The notes: generated by a model not told the origin, from the letters alone. Shown: positions 20,172 to 31,435, numbered from the stretch's first letter. The stretch is DNA of 64,000 bases from Methanobacteriota archaeon (GCA_963719035.1 CAVRAO010000006.1:155851-219850); one strand, 5' to 3'. Translations and numbers: made by a program.

Positions 20172-20294
20172 TCTTGCCCCTCCACTCTGTAGTTGAGGGA
20201 CGAACCTTTATAACCCTAACTCTCCATTAGGCTGTAGTTAACGACAATCGCGTCGTTTCTCTCTATCGGATTTGCTTTGAGGTTCTAAACACTG

Positions 20295-20960
20295 ATGCTT
20301 TATCCTAGCACCTGCCACAATCTAGATGCCCTGATTGGTGGTGGATTTCCGACTAGAGCTATTTCACACATTTTCGGAGAGCCGGGAAGCGGAAAAACTA
20401 CGTTAGGTATACAGCTTGCTATAAACGTCATTAGACGCGAAAAGCGCGTCATTTTTGTTGCTGCCGACAAGTTTCCAGGAGAACGATTCGCCCAAATCGC
20501 CGGAACTGACGTGGGATCCATCGGTCAGAGACTGCTCGTCTTCGAGGTGAAAAGCTTCGACCAGCAGCGTGCGACGCTTCGCAACATTAAGAGAATAGCA
20601 AAGGAGAATGTGGGGCTTGTCGTTCTCGATGCGGCAACGACGCACTATCGACTGGAGCAGTCAAAGAACACTGAAAGTGCGTTGCAGCACGCCCTCGTTA
20701 ATCAACTGCTTTTGCTACTCGGATTAGCGAAGAAATTCGATCTGGGCGTGGTTGTAACCAACCAAGTCTACGCCGACATCGATACCAAGGAAGTGTTGCC
20801 CGTTGCAGGGTATCTAATTGACAACCTGTCGAAAGTCGTTGTGCAATTTGCAAAAACCGATGGCGGGCGGCGGTGTGCGATCGTGAAAAAACACCCGACG
20901 CAGCCGCGCGATGCACACACGTGTTTCAAAATTACTGGCGATGGGCTCTCAGATGCCTAA
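20295..20960 (+). CDS. radB: DNA repair and recombination protein RadB
   Basis: LDALIGGG, GEPGSGKT, VVVTNQVY and KKH motifs; 221 aa, no RadA N-domain. Confidence 0.9.
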   Translation: MLYPSTCHNLDALIGGGFPTRAISHIFGEPGSGKTTLGIQLAINVIRREKRVIFVAADKFPGERFAQIAGTDVGSIGQRLLVFEVKSFDQQRATLRNIKRIAKENVGLVVLDAATTHYRLEQSKNTESALQHALVNQLLLLLGLAKKFDLGVVVTNQVYADIDTKEVLPVAGYLIDNLSKVVVQFAKTDGGRRCAIVKKHPTQPRDAHTCFKITGDGLSDA

Positions 20961-21772
20961 CCTCTCTTAAGGAGATAAGTACCTGTATAGACCAGTTCTG
21001 CAGGCCCCTCCATAAACGCACCATCTTTTTTCAACGAAATTTTTAAAGAGCCGCCTAACGTGTTCACAGTCACCCTCGTGCCGATCAGACCCATCTGGTT
21101 CGCAACGGCAGCGGCGGCGACGGCACCCGTTCCGCAGCTGAGCGTCTCGTGTTCGACGCCGCGCTCGTATGTGCGAACAAAGAGCGTGTTGCCGTTTATC
21201 TTAACAAAATCGACGTTAGCACCATGCGGAAATATGGGATCAAAGCGAATCTTTGCTGCCAAATCGGCAATATCGTCGTCAGCTACGTCGTCAAAGACTA
21301 TCGCGTGAGGAACACCAGTGTTGACGGCAGAGACTACAACGCCGTGCATATTTTCGACGAATACATCGCCGGTTCCCCGGGCCGGTATTGCTGAGCGCGC
21401 AAACTGAGGCTTGCCCATGTCGACGATCACTGAGGTTTTCTTAGCCGTGACTTTCCGAATTCCTGCCTTAGTCTTCACTGTGACCGTGCCGCGCTTGACG
21501 TAACCAGCGTCAACTGCGTATAAGGCCAGGCACCTGATGCCGTTGCCGCACATCTCCGCTTCGGAGCCGTCAGGTTGAAACAACCGCATGCCAAGATCGG
21601 TAGTGCTTGGTCGCGATAGAAAAAGAACCCCGTCAGCACCTATCCCAAATCTACGATCACATGCCTTTACAGCGAAACTTGACTTGCTTTTGACTGAGCC
21701 GTCCTTGCTTTCGTCAACGATGATGAAGTCGTTGCCATTGCCGTGCATCTTGACAAATGGTATCGTTTTCAT
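20957..21772 (-). CDS. dapF: Diaminopimelate epimerase
   Basis: KMHGNGNDF, AEMCGNGIRC, GVPH and ERGVEHETLSCGTG motifs. Confidence 0.95.
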   Translation of the reverse strand: MKTIPFVKMHGNGNDFIIVDESKDGSVKSKSSFAVKACDRRFGIGADGVLFLSRPSTTDLGMRLFQPDGSEAEMCGNGIRCLALYAVDAGYVKRGTVTVKTKAGIRKVTAKKTSVIVDMGKPQFARSAIPARGTGDVFVENMHGVVVSAVNTGVPHAIVFDDVADDDIADLAAKIRFDPIFPHGANVDFVKINGNTLFVRTYERGVEHETLSCGTGAVAAAAVANQMGLIGTRVTVNTLGGSLKISLKKDGAFMEGPAELVYTGTYLLKRG

Positions 21773-21781
21773 GTTAGATCC

Positions 21782-23062
21782 TTAGAGCAAGTGGGGGGGG
21801 ATATCTTGACCGACCAGCAGACCCCCATAAGATTCTCTCGCTCGTATAATTTCCGCCTCGCCCTTGTTAACAAGAACTTCGCTTGCACGTGTCCGACCAT
21901 TGTACTGAGAGCTCATGGCAAACCCGTAAGCCCCAGTGTCGAGTACCGCGATGAGATCTCCCTTTTCAACGCGGGGAAGGCGCCGATCTCTCGCTAGGAT
22001 GTCACCGCTTTCGCAGATCGGACCGACGATTGTGTACGTGTGATCGGACGTTTGTGCGAGCTTGTTTGCTACGATCACCTCGTGGTACGAGCCATACAAG
22101 GTCGGGCGGAGTAGCAAGTTGAACCCTGCGTCAACACCTACAAAAGTACTGTAAGCCTCTTTGACGGTATTTACCGCACAGAGCAGAATGGAGGCATCTC
22201 CAACGACGTATCTTCCCGGTTCAAGCACGAGCTTGGGACGGATGCCAAGGGCGCTAGAGCGCGTGAAAAAGATCGGGAGCACTGTGTTAGCGAGGTCGAA
22301 CGGGGTCGGAGCCGTGCCCGTGTATGGTATACCGAGCCCACTGCCAATATCGACAAAATCAAGTTCAAGATGAAGCTCTTTTTTAAGCCCCTCAACGAGA
22401 TCCATCATTCGCATCATCATTTCTGCGAATGGACTAAGCTCGAGTATCTGTGAACCGATGTGGCAATGAATACCTACGGGTCGGACGCCCTCAAGAGATA
22501 GCGCTTCGACGTAGCACGCTAGTACCTTATCATGCGGGATTCCAAACTTCGATTGCGCCAAGCCGGTGGCAACTTTTGGGTGTGTGGCTGGCGATACGTC
22601 TGGGTTGACCCTAAAGGCAATTTCTACCTCTTTGTTAGCTTCTGTGGCGATTCGGGCGAGAGCTTTCAGTTCATCAAGTGAATCGACAGAGACTCGAACG
22701 CCGGTTTCGCACGCCATGCGAAGTTCAGCATCAGTTTTTGAGTTGCCATTAAAGAGGATACGTTCAGGGGGGATCCCTGCAAGAAGGGCGGCGTACAGCT
22801 CACCGTCGGAGAAGACATCGGCGCCAGCACCCTCTTGCGCGAGCACGCGCAGCACGGCGAGGTTGCCGTTGGCCTTTGCGGCATAGTAGACGTCCGCGTC
22901 AGGGAACGCGGCTGCAAAGCGTCTGTAGTTGCTTCGAATGCGCCTCTCATCGACGACGTATAGCGGCGTGCCGTGCTCTCGCGCGAGATCGACAACGTCG
23001 GCGCCACCAATCGTAAGGTGCCCCTCCTTCTCGCCAAGGTGATCGCGCGTACCGAAATTCAT
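21782..23062 (-). CDS. lysA: Diaminopimelate decarboxylase
   Basis: YAAKAN, HCHIGSQ, EPGRY, GPICESGD and GAYGFAMSSQYN motifs. Confidence 0.95.
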   Translation of the reverse strand: MNFGTRDHLGEKEGHLTIGGADVVDLAREHGTPLYVVDERRIRSNYRRFAAAFPDADVYYAAKANGNLAVLRVLAQEGAGADVFSDGELYAALLAGIPPERILFNGNSKTDAELRMACETGVRVSVDSLDELKALARIATEANKEVEIAFRVNPDVSPATHPKVATGLAQSKFGIPHDKVLACYVEALSLEGVRPVGIHCHIGSQILELSPFAEMMMRMMDLVEGLKKELHLELDFVDIGSGLGIPYTGTAPTPFDLANTVLPIFFTRSSALGIRPKLVLEPGRYVVGDASILLCAVNTVKEAYSTFVGVDAGFNLLLRPTLYGSYHEVIVANKLAQTSDHTYTIVGPICESGDILARDRRLPRVEKGDLIAVLDTGAYGFAMSSQYNGRTRASEVLVNKGEAEIIRARESYGGLLVGQDIPPHLL

Positions 23063-23063
23063 C

Positions 23064-24218
23064 TCAGACAACCTCCTCAAGCCGTCTTACTGCTTCTTTA
23101 ATCGTATTAACAGGCACTGTTAATGCAAATCTAATGTAGCCCTCGCCATATTCTCCAAAGCCAATGCCCGGCGTAGCAACAATTCCTGCGTCTAGCAGCT
23201 TCAGAGAGAAGTCCAGTGACGGACTTCCATCTGGGACTAAAGCCCAGACATAAAACGTCGCCTTTGGCTTCTCGACGGACCAGCCGATGTTCCTCAGACC
23301 GTCAACTAGCGCATCCCTCCGTTCGACGTAGAGTTTTCTAAGGGCGTTGACCGTGTCCTGTGGTCCCGTCAAGGCCATAATCCCGGCTTCCTGTACCGCT
23401 TGGAACGCGCCGGAGTCGAGGTTCGACTTGACCTTTTTGAGGCCCGCGATGACATCAGCGTTCCCCACTGCAAAGCCCATTCGCCAGCCTGTCATGTTGA
23501 ACGCTTTAGAGAGGCTGTTGATTTCAATTCCTACTTCCATCGCACCGGGGACTGAAAGAAACGACGGCGCTGCATACCCATCAAACGTCAGCTCCATATA
23601 GGCGGCATCGTGACACACGATAACGTCGTTGTCTTGAGCATAGTCGACGACCGTTCTAAAAAAGGCTTCGTCAGCAACAGCTGCAGTGGGGTTATTCGGA
23701 TAGTTTATAAAGAGCAACTTAGCATCTGGTGCCGCTTTCTCTATGTCAGGCAAGAAACCATTGTCGGCAGTTAGCGGCATCGTTATCGGTTTACCGTCAG
23801 CTAAGATAGTTGCGATTTTGTAAACAGGATATGCAGGATCCGGAACGAGCACTTTGTCCCCTTGATTGACGAAAGCTAAAGGCAGATGTGCGAGGCCTTC
23901 CTTTGACCCAATTAGCGCCAATACCTCGTTTGCCGGATCGAGGTCGATGCGTTTCTTCGCGTACCACTCGCCTACCGCTTCTCGATATGTCAGCATGCCC
24001 TCCGAGGAGGGGTACCGATGATTCGCTCCTTTATGCGCAGCGTGCACGAGTGAGTCGACGATATGAGCGGGCGTCGGCTGATCGGGATCGCCCACGCCTA
24101 GATCAATGATATCGATTCCCTGTGCCTCCTTTTCTGCCTTTCGCGCATCGATTTGTGCGAAAAGGTACGGAGGCAGCACGTCGAGTCTCGTTGAATATTT
24201 ACTGGTCGAGTTCGCCAT
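23064..24218 (-). CDS. dapL: LL-diaminopimelate aminotransferase
   Basis: LPPYLFA, LGVGDPD, GSKEG, NYPNNPT and SLSKAFNMTGWRMG motifs; clustered with lysA and dapF. Confidence 0.9.
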   Translation of the reverse strand: MANSTSKYSTRLDVLPPYLFAQIDARKAEKEAQGIDIIDLGVGDPDQPTPAHIVDSLVHAAHKGANHRYPSSEGMLTYREAVGEWYAKKRIDLDPANEVLALIGSKEGLAHLPLAFVNQGDKVLVPDPAYPVYKIATILADGKPITMPLTADNGFLPDIEKAAPDAKLLFINYPNNPTAAVADEAFFRTVVDYAQDNDVIVCHDAAYMELTFDGYAAPSFLSVPGAMEVGIEINSLSKAFNMTGWRMGFAVGNADVIAGLKKVKSNLDSGAFQAVQEAGIMALTGPQDTVNALRKLYVERRDALVDGLRNIGWSVEKPKATFYVWALVPDGSPSLDFSLKLLDAGIVATPGIGFGEYGEGYIRFALTVPVNTIKEAVRRLEEVV

Positions 24219-24462
24219 GTGTCTACCTTGTTGACAGCTGCAAGCCTGGTACGCTCAAGCGCAGCTTTTTAAAACGCTGAAACATCTAAACAGCCTGCGA
24301 GAACTTATATTCGCTCATCTTTATTGAGGTTGCTTTTCGAATAAAGATTTATTGGGGGCACTTATGTGCGAACCAAGATGTGCTCCCGTTCACTATGAGC
24401 TGCAAGCTAGTATGCAAACCTTTATTTTCTAGAAGATTTCCATATAGGCGAGAGCTGATATA

Positions 24463-25080
24463 ATGAATAATCGCAATCTAATTGTCACGCTAGCGGTTGT
24501 GGCGCTGTTAACAGTAGCAGCGACGACAGCGGGCTGCGCGACTAATACCACTCCTTCGCCAACTCCGATCCCTGCGACGCAGACGACGGTTGGGAACAAT
24601 ACGACGTTTTCGAGCGGTGCGGGTTTCAACATCACGTATCCAAAAACTCTTAAGACAGACCAGTCTACGGATACAAAAACTCCCGTTAGAATCTACATCT
24701 ATCTGGATCCAAAAGAGGTAATTGACGGTGTTCTAGTAGGGACAGAAGGCCTTACTGCCGGTCAAACGCTAAACGACTTCGCAAATGCCAAGGTATTTAA
24801 TCTTAAGAATAGCAGCAACGCAGGGCTCTACAAGAATTTTACGCTCAACGAGACCAATTCAACATTTGCTGGAAAACCTGCGCGCACTGTCGTTTTTTCG
24901 GGAATTCTTCCCATCCAGTACAACAAGACAACGGCGAAAAACGTATCAGTTAAAGAGATGCAAACGTTCGTCGTCAATAATAATATAGGGTATGTTATAA
25001 CGTACAAAACTGTTTCCAGCGACTACGACAAGTATCTAGCGCAAGCACAACGAATAATGAACTCATTTGTGCTGACGTAG
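24463..25080 (+). CDS. Lipoprotein with PsbP-like domain
   Basis: Lipobox TAGC after a hydrophobic stretch; GFNITYP, TFAGKPA, GYVITY and IMNSF pattern. Confidence 0.75.
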   Translation: MNNRNLIVTLAVVALLTVAATTAGCATNTTPSPTPIPATQTTVGNNTTFSSGAGFNITYPKTLKTDQSTDTKTPVRIYIYLDPKEVIDGVLVGTEGLTAGQTLNDFANAKVFNLKNSSNAGLYKNFTLNETNSTFAGKPARTVVFSGILPIQYNKTTAKNVSVKEMQTFVVNNNIGYVITYKTVSSDYDKYLAQAQRIMNSFVLT

Positions 25081-25094
25081 GCCCAATATTTTGC

Positions 25095-25131
25095 AGGGTA
25101 GCGAGCAATATTCTCTCTACCCTAACTTTTT
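25095..25131 (+). terminator. Hairpin + T-tract terminator
   Basis: AGGGTAG...CTACCCT followed by AACTTTTT. Confidence 0.55.
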
Positions 25132-25583
25132 CTCGCCCGGAGCACTTTCTTTGTCTAGCTAATACCAGGTTTCCAAAACTTAGCGCACGCGAAAACTTGT
25201 GAAATAAAACCCAGTTCTGGCTTTTTAAAAAAAAGCGATTGTAAGAAGCGCTGGCCGTCCAAACTGAACAGCCAGCTGACTTACTTGGTCGTATAGACCA
25301 ATACTTACGTTATAAAACAGTTCCGATGTTATGCTGTGTTGTTTGATTTGGCCGGTCACCTCACAAGGTTTAGTTGATAATTCGTGCGCTTCAATCCTAT
25401 TTGTATTTTTTCATTATTAATCGTGAATGATAGCGAACATCGACAAGACTTGAGCGGTTTAACGCGGGTATCGTTCTATATACTCATCAACCACTGCCAG
25501 TGGCAAAACCATTATCACACCAGGCATTTATCCTGCTTTCGAGGGAGTCGCCATTGAACTAACACATCAAACCTTACGTGCAC

Positions 25584-26195
25584 TCACAGCGTATCATCGA
25601 GATAATCATACGATAAGTGAGAATCCACTATCTGGGTCTTGCCACTAGCGAGGGCTTCTTTAGTCTTGCTAAAACCAGCGTCACGTATAAGCGTCGTACC
25701 ATTTCCTATCTCAAAGGCTTGGTGCGCATCACTTGCCCCTATGATGGGCTTGCCATATTCACGAGCGAGTTGTTGCGCGAGAGCGTTGCTTGAGGCGCTC
25801 GTTTTTGAATTGAAACCCTCAATGAGATCAACTTGTGGAATCACGTCGCCGCTCAACAAGTTCTTGCCGAATCGGAACGGATGTGCCCACAAAACTAACC
25901 CTCCCTGCACCTTGATCTCCGTGATTACATCCGCCGTTTTTGTCGACTCAATTTCTTCCTCTAAAAACAACCCTATTAGATCCGCTTTATCATCCGTTTC
26001 AACCTCGGAGCCGACGATTACCAAAAAATCAGGATCGTTATTTAGCTTGCGCGTTTCAATTCCGCCTTTGATTGTCAGGTGATCGCTAACTGCGATCCCG
26101 TCCAATCCCTTTTTCTTCGCGACTTTGAGAATAATTGCCGGTTCCATTGTACAGTCACCGGAATATTTTGAGTGAATATGGAGGTCAAAAATCAA
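25584..26195 (-). CDS. PHP domain metal-dependent phosphoesterase
   Basis: DLHIHS, AVSDH, AHPFR and GASDAH motifs. Confidence 0.9.
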   Translation of the reverse strand: MIFDLHIHSKYSGDCTMEPAIILKVAKKKGLDGIAVSDHLTIKGGIETRKLNNDPDFLVIVGSEVETDDKADLIGLFLEEEIESTKTADVITEIKVQGGLVLWAHPFRFGKNLLSGDVIPQVDLIEGFNSKTSASSNALAQQLAREYGKPIIGASDAHQAFEIGNGTTLIRDAGFSKTKEALASGKTQIVDSHLSYDYLDDTL

Positions 26196-26682
26196 TTTTG
26201 TATTCTCCCAGACGGATTTTTTTGCACATTTTAGTCAAAGTAATTATACAACTGACACATTTAAGCTGCAAACAAAAGGCGCTCAATGAGGAATTTGTAA
26301 CTTTCGCCACCTCAGGTTACTACAACGGAAGGCCCATCTCAGGGAAATGCGGTTAAGACGAGGCCTCTTATATTTACAGAACGAAAATGTAAGTCGCATT
26401 TTGATGTCTGTCAATCCTCGGCGCCCGAATTCACCTCGCACTTTGATAGTCATCTTAACAAAGTTAAGTGGACATTTGTAAGCAGAGGATCAATTTAACT
26501 ACCTTAGTTTTCTCTTTAATCGAAGTACTTTTAGCGCTGAGATGTCCTGATTCCAACAACGCACAGCCGAAATTAGATAGAGTACGTGAAAAGTCGCTGC
26601 TATACTGACAAGATTCCCCTCGAATAATAAAGACGTGCGGAGTACCGATTAATATCGGACTACGCCTATAAGCGTGTAGCAC

Positions 26683-28863
26683 ATGGATTTAAAGGACTTG
26701 CCCGAAACAATTACCCATTTTTATCCTCATCCCGGCTTCACGGAACTCTATCCACCTCAAGCTGAAGCGATAGCATGTGGACTGCTCGACGGTGCAAGCT
26801 TAGTTGTCGCTACGCCTACTGCCTCTGGAAAGACGCTATTGGCAGAGTTTGCCATGCTCAATTCGATTTATCAAGGCGGCAAGTGCCTCTACATCGTGCC
26901 GCTAAAGGCGCTAGCTTCAGAAAAGTTCGACAGGTTTTCGCTATTTGCCGCGTTTGGCGTCAAAATAGGCATCTCAACTGGAGACTATGACGTTCGTGAC
27001 GACAAACTTGGGCATAATGATATTATCGTGACGACTTCAGAAAAGGCGGATTCACTGCTACGAAATGGCGTGGAGTGGATGCGTACGTTGGGCGTTATCG
27101 TGGCTGACGAAATCCATCTGCTGGACTCTATGGATCGGGGTCCAACGCTTGAAGTAACGCTCACTAAGCTCAAAAAACTGAACCCCCTTGCCCAGATACT
27201 CGCCCTCAGCGCTACCGTTTCTAACGCAGATGACATCGCGCATTGGCTTAGCGCGCAACTCGTCCGAAGCGACTGGCGACCTGTGGCGCTGCACGAAGGT
27301 CTCTACCTTGTAGAAAGTGCTACCATCACGTTTGTGCAAGATACGCTTCAACGAAGTACCTCGAAAAAAGCCATTTCCGATGGTTCGGCCGACCCCCCTA
27401 TTGCACTAGCGATCGACACCATTGCTGACGGTGGGCAATGTCTGGTCTTCGTTAACACGCGGAGAAACGCCGAAAGCCTCGCAAAGAAAATGGCGTCCGC
27501 GATGAAATCGCTACGGCATGATTGCGCGGAGTTAGCAGCAAAGATCCACGGAGATACCGCAATAGAGGAAAAACTCAAGTATTGCGTGCAGAACTCGGTC
27601 GCATTCCATCACGCGGGGCTTTCAAGCGATGATCGTAAACTCGTCGAGGCAGGGTTCCGAGAGAACTGCATAAAGGTCATTGTCGCTACCCCCACGCTGG
27701 CATCAGGACTAAACCTTCCCGCCCGAAGAGTGATTATTAGAGACTACAAACGTTATGATGCAAACTATGGCATGACGAATATCCCTGTGCTCGAATATAA
27801 GCAGATGGCAGGACGCGCAGGAAGGCCTGGATTCGATTCTTACGGGGAGGCAATACTCATAGCAAAATCACCAAACGAGTGTGAGGCGCTTGCAGAGCAC
27901 TATATTCTGAACGAGGCAGAAGACGTCATATCTAAGCTCGGCACAGAGACCGCCTTACGCGTGCACGTGCTCTCGACCATTTCTAATGGTTTCGCACGCA
28001 CAAGAGATGAGCTCGAACGATTTTTTGGTGCAACGTTCTTTGGATTTCAGCAGCAGAGTTCACTGAACCTCACTTCATACGTCATCGACAGCGTATTAGC
28101 GTTTTTAGCGCATGAGGAGATGATAGTCGACTTCGGAGGACATATCAAAGCCACCTCATTTGGACACCTCGTATCCAAGCTATATATTGACCCACTGTCC
28201 GCCGTGAAGATCAGACGAGGACTTGAAAATGCTGAGAGCGCCTCTGACGTTGCGCTTCTTCAGCTCATTTGCTCAACCCCGGACGTTAAGCGTCTGTATA
28301 TGCGTAACAGAGACTATCATTCGGTGACTGAATTTGTCAATAAGCACATTGACGAGTTCTTGGTCGAAATTCCTGATCGGTTTAGAGACGTCGATTATGA
28401 GTGGTTCCTTTCTGAGGTTAAAACAGCCATGCTCGTTCACGATTGGATCAATGAGGTAAGTGAAAAAGAGATTACTGAGAACTACAACGTCGGGCCGGGA
28501 GACATTAGAAATCTCGTAGACACCGTGCAGTGGATAAGTCACGCGCTCGCGGAACTCGCCGCCTACCTCAAAGTGCCTTCAAAGAGACAGGCACGGGAGC
28601 TTACCGAACGCGTCCAGTTTGGTATAAATCGCGAGCTCCTTGATCTCGTACAGTTGAAAAACATCGGCCGCGTGCGTGGCCGAAAGCTCTTCGATGCCGG
28701 TTTCTCAAGCCGTAAAGATGTCAAAAATGCTGCGTTTGAGGCGATCGCAACACTTCTTGGTCCAGCAATAGCCGCAGATGTCTTTGAACAACTTGGATCC
28801 GCTCAAAAATTGGCAAAAGGAAAAGATCAACCCGCAGAACAACGATTTTTCAAGAGCGACTGA
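26683..28863 (+). CDS. hel308: Ski2-like DNA helicase Hel308/Hjm
   Basis: PTASGKT, DEIH, LSAT, FHHAGL and QMAGRAGRP motifs; C-terminal IGRVRGRKL HhH. Confidence 0.93.
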   Translation: MDLKDLPETITHFYPHPGFTELYPPQAEAIACGLLDGASLVVATPTASGKTLLAEFAMLNSIYQGGKCLYIVPLKALASEKFDRFSLFAAFGVKIGISTGDYDVRDDKLGHNDIIVTTSEKADSLLRNGVEWMRTLGVIVADEIHLLDSMDRGPTLEVTLTKLKKLNPLAQILALSATVSNADDIAHWLSAQLVRSDWRPVALHEGLYLVESATITFVQDTLQRSTSKKAISDGSADPPIALAIDTIADGGQCLVFVNTRRNAESLAKKMASAMKSLRHDCAELAAKIHGDTAIEEKLKYCVQNSVAFHHAGLSSDDRKLVEAGFRENCIKVIVATPTLASGLNLPARRVIIRDYKRYDANYGMTNIPVLEYKQMAGRAGRPGFDSYGEAILIAKSPNECEALAEHYILNEAEDVISKLGTETALRVHVLSTISNGFARTRDELERFFGATFFGFQQQSSLNLTSYVIDSVLAFLAHEEMIVDFGGHIKATSFGHLVSKLYIDPLSAVKIRRGLENAESASDVALLQLICSTPDVKRLYMRNRDYHSVTEFVNKHIDEFLVEIPDRFRDVDYEWFLSEVKTAMLVHDWINEVSEKEITENYNVGPGDIRNLVDTVQWISHALAELAAYLKVPSKRQARELTERVQFGINRELLDLVQLKNIGRVRGRKLFDAGFSSRKDVKNAAFEAIATLLGPAIAADVFEQLGSAQKLAKGKDQPAEQRFFKSD

Positions 28864-28871
28864 AGCAAACC

Positions 28872-29387
28872 ATGCGTTATGAAATTCTTGCCGGAAAAGC
28901 AACAATTGAAAGCGTTGAGGCGTTTTTACACGATATTGATGCAATTGCACGGTCAAGCAACGCGGCGATTCAAGCTGTTGACGCCTCAAAAGTTGCAGAT
29001 AGGCAGCATGTTGAAGATGCTGTGCGTCAGTCACTCAGGTCTTTTGCAGATGGGCGCAACATCGCTACGAACCTCGGTGTTGAGATCCTCCTTCACCTAA
29101 GTGCTTGCCGACAAATTCAAAAAGCGCTCAATTTCGGCCTTCAAAAAGGAGAGAGAGACGTTTTGTTCATTATCGTAGGCACGAAGACGGCAATTGAAAG
29201 AAGTGCTCAGAAACTTAACCAATTGATAGTCGTCGATCCTCGCGTGATCGATTATCGTGAGGCAAAACGCGAGGCATTGATGCAGACGTTCAACATCACG
29301 GAAGAAGAAGTCAGAGCCGTTGGGGGGTTCCACAGAATTCCGGAATTGGTGCGTGAGCGACTCGCGCTATTTGACGCGTTCAAATAA
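28872..29387 (+). CDS. cgi121: KEOPS complex subunit Cgi121
   Basis: IQAVDA and NIATNLGVEILLHLSACRQIQKAL motifs; adjacent to hel308. Confidence 0.88.
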   Translation: MRYEILAGKATIESVEAFLHDIDAIARSSNAAIQAVDASKVADRQHVEDAVRQSLRSFADGRNIATNLGVEILLHLSACRQIQKALNFGLQKGERDVLFIIVGTKTAIERSAQKLNQLIVVDPRVIDYREAKREALMQTFNITEEEVRAVGGFHRIPELVRERLALFDAFK

Positions 29388-29585
29388 CTAATAACCTTTT
29401 CGAGAGAACCAATGCTATTTTACGACAATGTGAAGCAATACACATAATTAGTCTTTGATGAGAAAAAGCGGCGCGCTGCTGAGCCACGATATTTGCGCAA
29501 ACAATCATAACACAAAACTTAAGATTGAAAAGCAAAGCCTCACTCGTATGCGGCTTTACTCTGCAAACGCGAATCGTGGATTCTG

Positions 29586-30287
29586 ATGAAAACGGTAGTT
29601 GCTGTACTCATTCCGACGCTCAATGAAGAGGCCACCATCAGCCGTGTAATTGATAGAGTTCCTGTTCACGCGCTCTCGAACGACGGATACGACACCGCCA
29701 TCTACGTTATCGATGGAAGATCAGAAGATAGGACACAGCAGAAGGCACTCGAAAAAGGCGCAGAGGTGTTGCTCGTTACGCAGCCAGGAAAAGGTGCGGC
29801 AGTGCAACATGCATTTTCATCAATTAGCGCAGATTTCTTCATTATGATCGACGGAGATGATACCTATCCCCCCGAGCGAATTACGGATTTCGTGCACCTT
29901 CTGCGTACGTATGACGTTGTAATCGGCTCCCGTCTAATCGGCCGTATCGAGGACGGAGCTATGACGCGAACAAACCTGTTTGGCAATCGTATACTCACGG
30001 TCTTAGCACGCGCGCTTTTCAAAAAAGAGATAACTGACGTGTGTTCCGGATTCTGGGGCTATCGCAAACACGTCATTGATCGCATGGATCTTAATGCACG
30101 CGGATTTGAGATCGAAGCAGATATGTTTGTCGAATGCGCGCGTCTTCGCTTTAGCATAGGAGAGGTCGCGATTGATTATAAAAAACGGGTCGATCGACCA
30201 AAGTTGAGTTCGATCAGCGATGGACTTAAGATAAGTTTTTTTTTGATAACGCGATGGGTGACTCTTGATCGGGGGGGAGGGCCGTAA
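29586..30287 (+). CDS. GT2 glycosyltransferase (dolichol-phosphate sugar synthase-like)
   Basis: IPTLNEE, IDGRSEDRT, GKG, IDGDDTY, DVCSGF and GFEIEA motifs. Confidence 0.9.
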   Translation: MKTVVAVLIPTLNEEATISRVIDRVPVHALSNDGYDTAIYVIDGRSEDRTQQKALEKGAEVLLVTQPGKGAAVQHAFSSISADFFIMIDGDDTYPPERITDFVHLLRTYDVVIGSRLIGRIEDGAMTRTNLFGNRILTVLARALFKKEITDVCSGFWGYRKHVIDRMDLNARGFEIEADMFVECARLRFSIGEVAIDYKKRVDRPKLSSISDGLKISFFLITRWVTLDRGGGP

Positions 30288-30298
30288 GAATCGCTTAC

Positions 30299-31435
30299 GT
30301 GATGGATGCAATTTACCCATACAACGTGGGGGGGGCGGACAAACGTCTGTGGGAACTGGCACGTAAGCTTGCTGAAAACAGTGAGCACGAAGTGCATATT
30401 TACGGTATGAAATGGTGGCAAGGGCCTGATACGATCGTGACTGACAACGTGCACCTGCACGGCGTTTGCAAGGTTCGTGAACTGTACAACGAAGACGGCG
30501 TTCGCTCGATAAAGGAGGCGTTGATATACTCGTTGAAAGTCTTGCCGCCCCTCCTAAAGGCCGATTATGACGTGATAGACTGCAACCAATTCCCTTATCT
30601 CCCGTGTTTCTCTGGCAAAATCGCCTCCATAATTAAAAGAAAACCGTTAGTGATCACGTGGTTAGAAGTGTGGGACACCTATTGGCGTTCATACCTCGGT
30701 ACTATCGGGGGCAGCGTTGGCAGAATGATAGAACGACTGACGATGCGTCTTCCTGACGGCATTGTCGCGATATCTCAAAAGACAAGAATGGATCTTATAA
30801 GACGCGGCAAAGTCAAACCAGAGCGCATTGATGTCATACCGGTCGGTATTGATCTCGAGCGCATCGTCAAGATCACACCCGCCCCGAAAAGTACTGACGT
30901 GCTGTTTGCCGGGCGTCTTATTTACGAGAAACGGGTCGATTTATTGCTGAACGCGGTAGCCATTGCAAAAAAGGAAATTCCAACGATTACTTGCGCGATT
31001 GTTGGGGATGGTCCCGAACGAGGCTTGCTCGAAGACCTTGCTATTAAGCTCGGGATAGTAGAGAATGTATTCTTTACCGGCTTCGTCGATCAAGATGGGC
31101 TTACCGCGTACATGAAGGCATCAAAGGTATTCGTCCTTCCATCGATTCGTGAGGGGTTCGGACTTGTTATCATCGAAGCCAACGCTTGCAGGTTGCCTGT
31201 GATCAGCATGAGCCACGATATGAGTGCTGCCCGAGAGCTCGTTAAAGATGGCGTCAACGGTTTCCTCGTCAGCGACATCTCGTCTCGTGAAATCGCAGAG
31301 GCTATTGTTAAGCTCGTCATGGACGACGCACTACGAGAACGACTTGCCGAAAACGGGTTTGCTATGGCGAAGAAATACGCGTGGTCGGACATCTCAAAAA
31401 AGATTATAGATACATATAAGAAATTAAGCAGCTGA
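30299..31435 (+). CDS. GT4 glycosyltransferase
   Basis: YPYNVGGA, FAGRLIYEK and PSIREGFGLVIIEANAC motifs. Confidence 0.92.
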   Translation: MMDAIYPYNVGGADKRLWELARKLAENSEHEVHIYGMKWWQGPDTIVTDNVHLHGVCKVRELYNEDGVRSIKEALIYSLKVLPPLLKADYDVIDCNQFPYLPCFSGKIASIIKRKPLVITWLEVWDTYWRSYLGTIGGSVGRMIERLTMRLPDGIVAISQKTRMDLIRRGKVKPERIDVIPVGIDLERIVKITPAPKSTDVLFAGRLIYEKRVDLLLNAVAIAKKEIPTITCAIVGDGPERGLLEDLAIKLGIVENVFFTGFVDQDGLTAYMKASKVFVLPSIREGFGLVIIEANACRLPVISMSHDMSAARELVKDGVNGFLVSDISSREIAEAIVKLVMDDALRERLAENGFAMAKKYAWSDISKKIIDTYKKLSS

